Position numbers and translations under genes: made by a program. Under the pieces are notes generated by a model that worked only from the letters and a program-made list of their open reading frames with translations, ran no database searches and had not been told where the DNA came from. A stretch of 63,997 nucleotides of DNA, counting the filler, from Dirinaria sp. TL-2023a (Eukaryota), in assembly GCA_051941275.1 (NCBI GenBank). It is 6 parts of 6 records of this genome, joined end to end, with 100 filler letters (N's around TTAATTAATTAA, not from the genome) between each part and the next. Parts side by side here need not be neighbours in the genome. Positions count along the whole stretch, not along the records: positions 32,240 to 42,855 come from JAVEBF010000919.1; positions 42,956 to 53,552 come from JAVEBF010000920.1; 4 more parts are not named here. One strand, given 5' to 3'. Of this stretch, positions 37,753 to 47,867 are shown piece by piece; the first letter of the stretch is position 1; each line of letters opens with the position of its first letter.

Positions 37753-39021
37753 TCAAGAAGTCTGGCTAAACATTGTCAGAGCCGCGAGGCTTAAAGCCTC
37801 GATCCCAACTTTCATGGTTGGTTGGATGACTGGAGCATAAAACGGCGAATGATTGACAGGGATGTTCTGATGAGTTGTACCGTCCTTTTCAGCTTGATCC
37901 CACTGTTGATGGTCGACACCCCCCAGAAACCAGTATAGTGAAGGCCGATCCTTCGACGTTGCGAGTATCGTCACATCATCACTTGCATGGCTCCTCTCAG
38001 TGTCTGGCTCGAAGGAATGCAAGTGGTCTTGAAAAGATGCCGCTACTGTATTGGCCAAAGCCTCATCGTTGACCGTGAGGGGGAAGGCCGTAATTTGCTC
38101 GATAAGAGGCTCTTTAGGTGAGCCACTAGCATAACATTCTGCCTTTACGATTCTCCGGACAGCTGCAAGAACCCTTTCTCTCGTAGCGGCGTTGACAGTA
38201 CGCACATCGACTTTGATCACCGCTTTATCTGTGATGATATTTTCAGTTTGCCCCACTTGCAGACTTGCAACGGTTACAACGGCCATGTCATTGGGGTCAA
38301 CCTCTCGGCTCACGATGGTCTGCAATCGCAATACTACACTTGCTGCAAGGACCGCTGGATCTATTGTTCGATGTGGCATCGACCCGTGACCGCCTTTGCC
38401 GAATAAGGTGATCTTGAATCGGTCCGACGAAGCCATGATGGTCCCGACCTTGGAGCCCACTGTGCCGGCACGATTTGCCATCACATGCTGTCCAAGAACA
38501 TAGTCAGGCACAGGTACCTTGTCATACAGACCATCATCAACCATAGCTCTCGCGCCACCACCTCGTTCTTCATTGGGTTGAAATAGGATAATCAGCGTGC
38601 CGTTCCAACGATCCTTGATCTTTACCATATGCTCCGCAGTTGCCAAGAGACAAGTCATGTGCATATCGTGGCCGCAAGCATGCATTACCGGCTTGATGTC
38701 TCCGTCCGATTCGTCTTTGACGGTCACTGTACTGGCATAGTCAAGGCCAGTCTCCTCCTTGACCGGCAGTGCGTCCATGTCCGCACGCAGCAGAATAACT
38801 TTGCCTGGCCCATTCTCCAATACACCGACGACGCCTGTGCCGCCAATGTTGGTTTGAACGTGGTATGCGTTCAGGTCGCGGAGATGCTCCGCCACGGTAT
38901 TGGCCGTCTCGTATTCCTGAACGGAAAGCTCAGGATGAGAATGGAAATGCTTGTACAGGGTCTCGTATGAAGATAACTCTGGAATTGAAGTGAGTAAGCT
39001 TGAGAGTTGCTCTTGCGCCAT
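37753..39021 (-). CDS. M20 family amidohydrolase (hippurate hydrolase / Acy1-like), intronless
   Basis: HFHSHPELS, LLRADMDALP, MHACGHD, FQPNEERGGGA, GKGGHGSMPH and NHSP. ATG of MAQEQ at 39021. Confidence 0.93.
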   Translation of the reverse strand: MAQEQLSSLLTSIPELSSYETLYKHFHSHPELSVQEYETANTVAEHLRDLNAYHVQTNIGGTGVVGVLENGPGKVILLRADMDALPVKEETGLDYASTVTVKDESDGDIKPVMHACGHDMHMTCLLATAEHMVKIKDRWNGTLIILFQPNEERGGGARAMVDDGLYDKVPVPDYVLGQHVMANRAGTVGSKVGTIMASSDRFKITLFGKGGHGSMPHRTIDPAVLAASVVLRLQTIVSREVDPNDMAVVTVASLQVGQTENIITDKAVIKVDVRTVNAATRERVLAAVRRIVKAECYASGSPKEPLIEQITAFPLTVNDEALANTVAASFQDHLHSFEPDTERSHASDDVTILATSKDRPSLYWFLGGVDHQQWDQAEKDGTTHQNIPVNHSPFYAPVIQPTMKVGIEALSLAALTMFSQTS

Positions 39022-39403
39022 GTTTGAAGTAGGTCGGGACCAGAACAATTGAGTTCAATCTATCAACCCTAAACTACTATATACGTTGGTAGATCTTTGA
39101 TGAGACGCTGCGAACATCAAGCAGCAAGTATAGTGTATGTATCCTCCGATGGTTGTGTAAAGGCAGTGGGTAGGTGAGATCTTACATTTAATGTATGATA
39201 AGTAAGTAGCAGATTGTCCCCCACATACATGCGTCATCGCGCGATTCGAGTCTAGCTGCTGCTAAGGATGATTAGATCTCTTAATAAGGCACTCGAGAAT
39301 TTCCATCATTTACCACTCGAGTCGAGATAAGACAGGGGCTCTGCTCGACTCTGCATGTGATAACCTTCTTCACGTACATTAACTCATTCAGGTAGCGAAT
39401 GGT

Positions 39404-40110
39404 CTATGGCTTCCCTCGCAAGGCTTTCCCTAACTTTTTCCTTGTCCGCCTGACTTCTATCTCTATCTCCTTCATCTCGTTTGCCGCATTTGCCAAAGCC
39501 GGTATGATCTCTCTGACGACGCCTTTGAAGCTTTGCTGCGACGACCGCAGCGTTGGCGGAACAAGAATGCCAAACCACTTCAGTGGATCTGTCATTCGAC
39601 CATCCTTCGCCCCGGCATTCGCGTCCTCTAAATGCGTATCGAGGGGAGTCGGAGCTGGAGCCTTCTCGTTATCTGTTCCTTTGTCGTCCGGAATCGATAA
39701 ATCCACGACAGAGAATACAGGACTTTCCCGTTTTACGGATCTACGATGCTTTCAGACAGAATCTCAGAGCAATAATATTGTTATTGTTGATTGAATCACT
39801 GGACCGTACATTTGTATGGATGACTGCATCCTCTCATCATAGTAGTCTTGACCGTAGCGGAGTCCACGTGAGTTAGAGAAGTTAGCTTGCGCCAGCGAGA
39901 AGTAACCCTACACGGTGATGAGGCCGGGTACTACCCAGGAGTACAATTTATTCAGCCTACTGTTGAAAGATGCTTAGACAGGTCACCCTGTAGCGTTTGG
40001 TACTGGTGGAGAAGATTTAAGTAGCGCTCTAACAGGTCGTCAAGGGCAGTGGCTAGATTCTCGGCGGACAGCTCAGCTCCACCAGCTGTTATGTCTGTAG
40101 GTTGAGACAT
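39404..40110 (-). CDS. VMA22: V-ATPase assembly factor Vma22/CCDC115
   Basis: LDDLLERYLNLLHQYQ, GYFSLAQANF..RYGQDYYDERMQ and DPLKWFGILVPPTLRSSQQSF across three exons. Confidence 0.85.
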
Positions 40111-40340
40111 CTCCACCGTGATTGTTCAGCGAAGAGCTTGGTGTGAGAAGCAGGACCATAAACAAGTGATATGAGCGTTCACTTCGCTGAACATGTTCTC
40201 GTTCTCATCCAAGAATTGGTAGTCTTTTGATAGCTCGGCTCATTGTCGGCAAAACTACTCTGAACCCTCGTTTCCAGTTCTCGGTGACGTTCATATTAAG
40301 GTATCGAGGGCATGTATGGGCAATCCTGCAATATCATGTT

Positions 40341-42239
40341 ATGGCCATGGTTCCTCACAGGCTTCTCTTGTTTCAACTTAAGGCATTGAGGCGGCCACTG
40401 CGACCGCCAAATCAATCTACTCAGCCGCCTCAACCACGTCCATTTACCCAGAACACTCAATTACTCCTCATTTCCCCACATGCTCCACGTCCCCAGTTAC
40501 CCTTCCTTCATTCTACCTCTAGTGGCCTTGCAGCGCAGCCTGGTTATCGAGGCCAGTCGCGGACTCAATTGGCGCGCTACCTCACCACCGAGAGAAGACA
40601 AAAGCTCGTGTATGAAGTCAAGTTGGGTGTAAAATGGGTGATATATGTCTGGATCGCCTCCGGCCTCATCGCCGTTGTGTACTTTGGGTTCCAACAAGAA
40701 TATTTTGAAAGGAGTTATCCGACTCCAGCGGAATGGAGCTTCATGACTCGGGTAGCTTTTCGCCGTGCCTGCGCCAAAGAAGACCCAGATCCAACTGGTG
40801 AAGAGGTAGTTGACACAGTCAACACCGGGGCTACCTTTCGTGGAGTCGTGGAGCGTCTTGAGGACTCTTCAATAGATGGGGCTGGCTTGCTTCCTGTACT
40901 CAAGGATGAGGGTGATATATACGTTGAGGGTTTGGGCCGGACTGGGTTCGACATAACTTCCAAATCCGAACCCTGGCGAAGAGGCTACTTCGAGGCTATC
41001 ATGGGCGCCGCCCGTGGTGCTGAGGCGAACGAAGGCACAGTTGTAGACAAGACGCGGGATCTCGCTTTTCCACGAGAGATGGTCGTTGGCCCTTCGAATC
41101 CTCGACCCAAACCCATTCCACATGGCTTGGTCGCGGCCCCATTGGAGGAGAATTGCGTCCCTGTTTTTGCGGCTCCAGAGACTTTCTACATGAAAATCCT
41201 GACGACACAAGGATTCAATACACGCCAGCGCCTGGAAGCTGCTCTTGCTTACGCCGACTGGCTTGATTATAAAGGCCTCCATTCCACTGCGGAGGACATG
41301 TGTGATTGGGGTCTTGATATCGCCATGGGCGCTCTTCCAGAGGGTGTGAATAACGTCGTCGATACGAGGACAGGCGTCATCAACGCTCATCCAGAATACA
41401 TATCCTCAAACATCCTAACAGCAACGACCGCCCTCGCCACTCACCATGCTCGCAACAATAATCTAGCTACTGCGCTGCCTATATTCCTCTCTGTCTTACG
41501 TGCTCGACGCCAATTACCTCTCTCTCCATCACTCACATCGCCTCCTCCGCCTTCTCAAAAATCCGACAACGAAAACACCAGCAATCTCTTTTCCTCTCTC
41601 AAATCTCTTCTCTCTGCCCCTCCCTTCCCCTCTGCACCACTCACAGGCGACGAGCGACCTTTACGCACCCCAGCCTCCATCTGCGAAGAAGCGGGCTTGA
41701 TGATGCACATAGGCGAAGTCCTATTCGCGTCATCCTCGACCGTCTCGCCGTCAGAGCAAAACACGCCTCGAGCATCCGGCCTAGGGTGGACTCGTGACGC
41801 GGTTGAACTCGCTGAGACGACATTGTCAACCCTCAACTCTGTCAAACCAGGCAGCGAAAAAGAAAGCACCGAGGCTCGGAAGAAATGCTCGCAGTGTGTA
41901 GAGACGGGAACGGAAAACTGGAGGCTAATGGTGCAGACGATGCTGAGGGAGGAGAAGCGGAGGAAAGCCGGTTCGCCGGTCGAGGTGGCGAAGAAGAAAG
42001 CCAAGACAAGTTGGTTGTTGGGCGGCAATCACCAGAGTACTGAGAATGATGAAGGAGAGGGCAGGTGGGAGAGAGAACTCGCAATGGTCGAGAGCAAGTT
42101 GACAGGACTGAGAGAAGCGGCCTGGAAGGAACAGGAGAATGCGCAGCAATCAGCTAAGAAGATTCTGTGGGATATCTTCATTTCGAACCGCAGTTTCAGC
42201 TTTCTGGGGCTGAGGATCCCTGGGACTGGGGGGCATTAG
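40341..42239 (+). CDS. Conserved fungal hypothetical protein, probably mitochondrial, with one TM helix
   Basis: Basic presequence-like N-terminus, RYLTTERR, a TM helix, ERSYPTPAEWSF, WRRGYFEA, VVGPSNPRPKP and FYMKILTTQGF. Long intronless ORF. Confidence 0.75.
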   Translation: MAMVPHRLLLFQLKALRRPLRPPNQSTQPPQPRPFTQNTQLLLISPHAPRPQLPFLHSTSSGLAAQPGYRGQSRTQLARYLTTERRQKLVYEVKLGVKWVIYVWIASGLIAVVYFGFQQEYFERSYPTPAEWSFMTRVAFRRACAKEDPDPTGEEVVDTVNTGATFRGVVERLEDSSIDGAGLLPVLKDEGDIYVEGLGRTGFDITSKSEPWRRGYFEAIMGAARGAEANEGTVVDKTRDLAFPREMVVGPSNPRPKPIPHGLVAAPLEENCVPVFAAPETFYMKILTTQGFNTRQRLEAALAYADWLDYKGLHSTAEDMCDWGLDIAMGALPEGVNNVVDTRTGVINAHPEYISSNILTATTALATHHARNNNLATALPIFLSVLRARRQLPLSPSLTSPPPPSQKSDNENTSNLFSSLKSLLSAPPFPSAPLTGDERPLRTPASICEEAGLMMHIGEVLFASSSTVSPSEQNTPRASGLGWTRDAVELAETTLSTLNSVKPGSEKESTEARKKCSQCVETGTENWRLMVQTMLREEKRRKAGSPVEVAKKKAKTSWLLGGNHQSTENDEGEGRWERELAMVESKLTGLREAAWKEQENAQQSAKKILWDIFISNRSFSFLGLRIPGTGGH

Positions 42240-42793
42240 CGACGGCGTTTTGATTATAAGGGGATGGGATTGATTTGGGGTTTTTCTATAGCTTATTAGC
42301 AATTGAAAGATATTGTACATATGTATGATATCTGTGTGACTTCACACAAGGTAAAGAGATGAGTAAATACTAGGCATTCAATGCTTTACTAGTACAAATT
42401 CATCTGTGTGACATTTCTGAATTCGTCTCGGCTTCTATTGAAAACCACATATCTTTGAAATTGTAGACCCAATACCTCATAATACCGCAGTTTCTATGAT
42501 TTTATATGATCATCCTAGGGTCCACTCAGGGCCCCGAAAAAACCATTCCATTCCGTCATCTTAGATACCTACATACCTACCTCTAGACTACCCTCCAAAA
42601 AAGTTCACCCAGCAAGCTCTCTCAGTAAAATACATCATACATCGAACAAACAATCCCTACCTTTTATTCTCGCATTCCACCACCCACGATCCATTCTACT
42701 GATTCTTGCATAAAAGCGACAAAAATCAGCTCGAAAGCTTCACAAAAACGCCCGATCATCATTCCCCCCCTCCACCAACAAAAAAATAAAAAA

Positions 42794-42855
42794 ATGTCCT
42801 CCGCCGCTCTCGTAGCGGGTGATACGGCTTTCCAAGCTCGATCACTTGTATGTCC
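42794..42855 (+). CDS. Probable first exon of a truncated gene (MSSAALVAGDTAFQARSL|GTATGT)
   Basis: A-rich context before ATG, then a GTATGT donor, then the contig end. Confidence 0.35.
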
Positions 42856-42955
42856 NNNNNNNNNNNNNNNNNNNNNNNNNNNNNNNNNNNNNNNNNNNNT
42901 TAATTAATTAANNNNNNNNNNNNNNNNNNNNNNNNNNNNNNNNNNNNNNNNNNNN
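42856..42955. other. Artificial contig linker
   Basis: N44-TTAATTAATTAA-N44. Confidence 0.99.
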
Positions 42956-43121
42956 TGCTCATTCTGTGGAGGAAGAGGAAGGAATGGGAGGATGATCGGG
43001 TGGCAGCGGGAGCGGGGATTCTGGTTTGGAGGAGGGCTTTGCTGTAGCTGTAGCTGTAGGAGTGATGATAGTGCTGGTGGGGATTGAGATTGCGGAGGCA
43101 GAGGCGGAGGGTGCGATGCAT
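42956..43121 (-). CDS. 5' end of a truncated gene with a mitochondrial-presequence-like N-terminus
   Basis: MHRTLRLCLRNLNP...AATRSSSHSFLFLHRMS is Arg/Ser/Leu-rich, has no acidic residues and runs into the gap. Confidence 0.4.
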
Positions 43122-43482
43122 TGATTGAATGGATCAAAACTAAGGTGGGTGAATTGCTCGAAGAGGGAATAAGAAGAGGGTGTGTTAGACCGCAGACATC
43201 TAAGGTAAGATCTGACGTATTACTCGTACCTTACCTTTACTTAGATCCGGGGACTACTACCTTACCTACCATTCAAGACCCCCTGTATGTAAGTGCGGTT
43301 TGCGGGTAAGACCGGGTCAGAGCCCTGATGTTTTGCCGATCCCCGATCTGATCTGGTGCGTGACTTCCCTGCAAAGGTGAAAAAGTACAGTACAGTGCGG
43401 TACGAGTACCTATCGCGTCCCTCCCCCACCAAGAGCCAAAATCAACACGGGCTCTCGTCCTTTTCTTTTGGCACTCTGTGGT

Positions 43483-45107
43483 ATGCTACGCAGAGCATTA
43501 CCATTCAGGAGGCTCAGCAACAATAGCAGCAGCATCAATCGTCTTGTTGCCAGGATGAGCAGTACATACACCACGGACAAGGCGAGTCCATTTACAAGAG
43601 CTGTGATTAGCTCGATGCGCAAGCTGTGAGTGAAGTACCCTTACATACATACTCGCCGTCTTCGCTACTTGGATTTCAAATGACAATGATGGTGTCGCAC
43701 AGGTACCCCGAAGCTTTGGCTGCCGACTTTGACAACACTGGCTGTGGGTACAGACAACGCTTTCACTTCTTCTGAGGCATTTTGATGTCGAGAGCTTGGA
43801 GGGCAGGCTAATCAATTGGGCGAATCTTTTTTTTTTACAATAGTGCTCCTGGAAGCGCCTTTCGATCCGATACGGCGGCAGATGAATTCGGTGCTCCTGA
43901 CCATCGACCTCACGAAAGCCGTGGCAGACGAAGCCATTGAGCGCAAAGATTGCGTGGTCGTCTCCTATCGTACGAGCCATCCCCCGAGATAAAGGAGGAA
44001 GCAGAGATTGCAATGGAACGCTCATGTGCGCAACAGACCCCATCATCTTCGGCGGTCTAAAGGCCTTGACCTTGGCCGACTCTTGCCAACAATCCCTCTT
44101 GCGGCTCGCTCTCGAGGGCATCAGTGTATGTAGGTTGATCGAAGACCGTGGTGGGAATGGCGCTAACGTGTGCTCCCGTTCTAGGTCTATTCCCCTCATA
44201 CGGCGATTGATGCCGCGCCTGGTGGCCTGGGAGACTGGCTGGCAGACATCGTGACAGGCACCTTAGGCGAGCCTGAGCCTGCGACCAAGACCGCGGAGCC
44301 GCAAAAGCAGGAGCCGCCACAGACCAGGGACGAGACCAAGCCACCACAACGCCCAGGTGGGGGTCTGCAGCGGTCGTATTCCAGGCCGCATTATCCAGCG
44401 CCTGAGAAGCTTGAACAAACCGAACTTACACCGTAAGTCGGAGATCGGCATGCGGCTCTTGTTTGCAATGTTTCGTTAACCCAAACTGCAGATCTTCAGC
44501 CGACCACACGCGCACTGTCATCCACCCTTTAACCCACGTCCCCGACTTTGAATCTTCCGGCATGGGTCGCCTCGTGACCTTTTCTACACCGCAACCCCTC
44601 ACACATCTCATCGAGCGAATAGCTCGCGGCGTCGGCAATCCCATTGGCTTTCCTGTCGCAATCCCCCAACAGCGCCAAGTCGAGGACATCTCGATCCGTA
44701 CATGTGCCATCTGTGCCGGTTCCGGCCATTCTGTTCTCAAGGACGTCAACGCGGACCTGCTATTTACGGGCGAGCTCTCGCACCACGAAGCGCTCAAAGC
44801 GACGGAAAAAGGTCAATGTGTGGTTACACTTTTCCACAGTAACACCGAGAGAGGTTACCTGAGCAGCGTGCTGCAGGGGAAATTGACAAAGACGTTGGAA
44901 GGAGAATGGAAGCGGGTAAGGGAGGAGGAAGAAAAGAAAAGAGAGGAGAACGGGATCATGACCCCGGAGTGGGAGGATGCGCTCAAGGACGAGAGTGTGC
45001 TGGTCGAGGTTAGTGAAAGGGATCGTGATCCATATGGAATCGTGGTATTGCAGAGTAGCCGGCAGGTTGGGAAACCCTTAAGTACTACCAAGGAAGAGGA
45101 GTCGTAG
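43483..45107 (+). CDS. NIF3: NIF3 / YbgI family dinuclear metal protein, multi-exon
   Basis: YPEALAADFDNTG, VLLTIDLTKAVADEAI, SYHPIIFGGLK, YSPHTAIDAAPGGLGDWL, GMGRLV, ICAGSG, TGELSHHEAL and HSNTERGYL. Confidence 0.95.
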
Positions 45108-45217
45108 GAGCAGCGCTGTTGCTCTGCATCCCCTGTACAACTTTTCAAGAACTGAACACAATGATACCCTTTCGTCGTATTCCACCAATCCAGCGCAGCT
45201 TTCTGGTCGGTATTCTA

Positions 45218-46502
45218 TCACAGTATATTTTCGGCCTTGGAAACTGTGCGCAACGTTAGTCGTCAGTGGCCTGTACAGTACTAGCTTTTGCAAGCGAGAG
45301 CAGAACATACCATCAACGCCTACATTATCTGGCTCCACAGCGACTTTTGTCACTTGCCCATTTTCGGTCAGAAGTGCATAACGCTTACTCCGATTGTTGC
45401 CGAAAAGGGATGCGCTATCGAAGGACACATCGAGCGCCGACGTAAACGCGCCGTCGGGGTCTCCCAAAAAGCGGATCTAGGATTAACCATTGATCTTAGC
45501 GTCGCGGTATTAAGTAAATTAAATAAAGTAGAACAAAAAGGGTCAACGATAAAGGTTTTTCTAAGAGACAAAGCTCCTCGCTAGTGTGAAACCTCCCGAT
45601 GCGCAACAGTGCTAATTATGCGTGCCATTCTTTTTCGAGGACATTGAACGTAGGAAGTAGAATTAGTCGGATTCGACCTTGTGTAGGGGTGCAACAGAAT
45701 TCAAAGGGAAAATGGCCATCAGCGGGTCCCTATGGACAGAGAAGGAAGCGGACAGAGACAACAGGAGAGAGTCATGGTGACTTACGCCACTACTGCCAGA
45801 GGGATCTAGAGTCGTTCCCCATGCTTTCATACTGCAGAACAGGTCAAAACTTGGACAGGGCGAGCTTGGTAGTGAAGAATGACGTACACAAAAGGGTCGT
45901 TGACCGAGACGACAAAGACGCGCTCCACGTCCTTGAGTTTCGGACTATTGATATATCCCGGGAGATGATTCGCTGAGCAACTTGGAGCTATGGGGTCTGG
46001 TAAGCGGACAGCAGCCCTAGTTCAAAGGGTGGAAAATGGCAGCAGAGTAGAGAGTGCAAAAATGAAAGCTGCCATGGTGTGAATGAGCTGGCTGCATGAG
46101 TAAACGAAGGTGTACTTGATGTTATCAAAGCCCAGCAGTCTTGTGAAAGAAGTCCAAGTGATATAGACAATCTGATGTCAACAAGCACCGTACTCGTGCT
46201 CCATTCTATATATCCTCGCTTTCCTGGATTGGTGATCCAAAAGAGCCGATGATTTACGGAGACGGGAAGAGAATGAACCACCTACAGAATGCTGCAGGAA
46301 CGCCAATAATCAGGCCTTTGCCGGAAGTCAATTCCTTAGAGAGGTTGACTTTATTTCCTGGAGAGCTCTCCACAAGCTCCAGGTCAGGAACGCGGTCGCC
46401 GACCTTCACGAAGGCAGGTCTCGTGGCATGGAAGGCCTGTGTTCTGACAGGTGTCTTGAGCAGGAAGCGAGCCAATCGCTGAGTATTTGATTGCAGCATC
46501 AT
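45218..46502 (-). CDS. Prx5/Ahp1/Pmp20-type peroxiredoxin (redoxin) with a mitochondrial presequence
   Basis: VKVGDRVP, GVPAAF|SPSCSANHLPGY (peroxidatic Cys), VSVNDPFVMKAWG, RFLGDPDGAFT, RSKRYALL and VAVEPDN. Includes two introns of ~300 nt. Confidence 0.92.
46075..46225 (-). ncRNA. Candidate box H/ACA snoRNA in peroxiredoxin intron 1
   Basis: Hairpin with GAAAG/CTTTC, GATATA/TATATC and AGCAC/GTGCT stems, followed by ACAAGA (ANANNA). A weaker second hairpin (GCTGG/CCAGC) follows, then ACA. Confidence 0.4.
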
Positions 46503-47123
46503 TCAGGAACAAGTTTAGAGCTGGATTTTAAGTAGGGAACGCAAATAAGGTAGTTGGTCAGGTCTGGATGATGTTGACGTGGATACGAGTATGGGGTTTT
46601 TTTAGCTTCACCGATGGAGAGGTCGTAGTGGGAGTGACATGACACGACACTCGTCAGGGTCTCAGGGTTTCAGGGACTACGAATAATCTACCACTGGGCG
46701 GGATTGCGGCCTGCGGGACTCTGCTTGGACTCAGGGCCCGTCGCTTTCTTGCCCCTGCGGGTAAAATGCTAGAGGAGGTACTGGTGCGTCCTAGTGTGCC
46801 AAGGACAGCCTAATCTTCTTTCGATACTAGCTCCAACACCGGCTTACTGGCTCGCTGGACTTGGAAGAGACGATGAAGAGAAGTTAGAGAGACTCGTGGT
46901 GAGGCAATCAGGCAAAGATCTTCAAGTCCTTGTGCGTCACCTTTACCGATCTGGGTTGCTGTGGCTGGCCACTTGCCAGCTGAGGCAACTTCAAGACCGC
47001 CTGTCACCTGTGTCCTGCCGGCAGCTTGTCGGGCGGCACAGCAGCCACAATGTTATGCTTACGGTCGTAAAAGTAGATACGGTAGTCACGCCGCCGAAAA
47101 GAGAAATCACATCGGGAAATGGT

Positions 47124-47154
47124 GAGAGAGAGAGAGAGAGAGAGTGTGTGTGTG

Positions 47155-47188
<34 letters not shown>

Positions 47189-47200
47189 AGTGAGAGTGAG
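47124..47200 (+). repeat. Compound (GA)n(GT)n microsatellite
   Basis: Directly visible. Confidence 0.97.
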
Positions 47201-47867
47201 CCAAGGTACTCGGTAGAGTAAAAGTGAGAATAATAATGTACCCCGTATTGCCTCATGATATATGATGTCCTTACAATGCATCGTCCCTAGCTTGCATATG
47301 CGCAGTCCTCGGGATACCAATCATCGTTCATTCGGCCCTAGCGTGCATAAGCACCACAGAGCCATCCATCGCCCTCAACACGGATGGCTAAAGCATATTT
47401 TGGTATTTGGAAGAGATGCAGCTGCTTAAGCGCGACTGATGGTGCTGAGTCGGGATTGATACTTGATAGACAAGAATTCATAAAAGGGTCAAGGGCCGCA
47501 AGAGGCCGTTTGCATCGTAATGTAGTGGCAAGACACCGGTCGTTGTTTTCGTGACCACAACAGATCCTGCACGGTTCGATGACTCCTATCACACATATCC
47601 AAACCGGACCAGAAACGTAAAGTATCCGCTGCCCGATAGAGGTTGCGGCCATCATCGATCTGGTTCTATCTCTGCGGGCGTTGGTGATCACACAAAACCG
47701 CGTGCATGGGACAATTCGCAGTCCCTCAGTCCCACCCCGCGGGCGCCAATCCTTTCCCCTTCGAGTCTGGTCTGGAATTCGTCGCTCCTTTCAATCTCAG
47801 AGACGACTATCGTCGGCCTTGCCCACCATCAATCCCTCCTCCGAGTCCCGCGCAATCAGACGACAAG

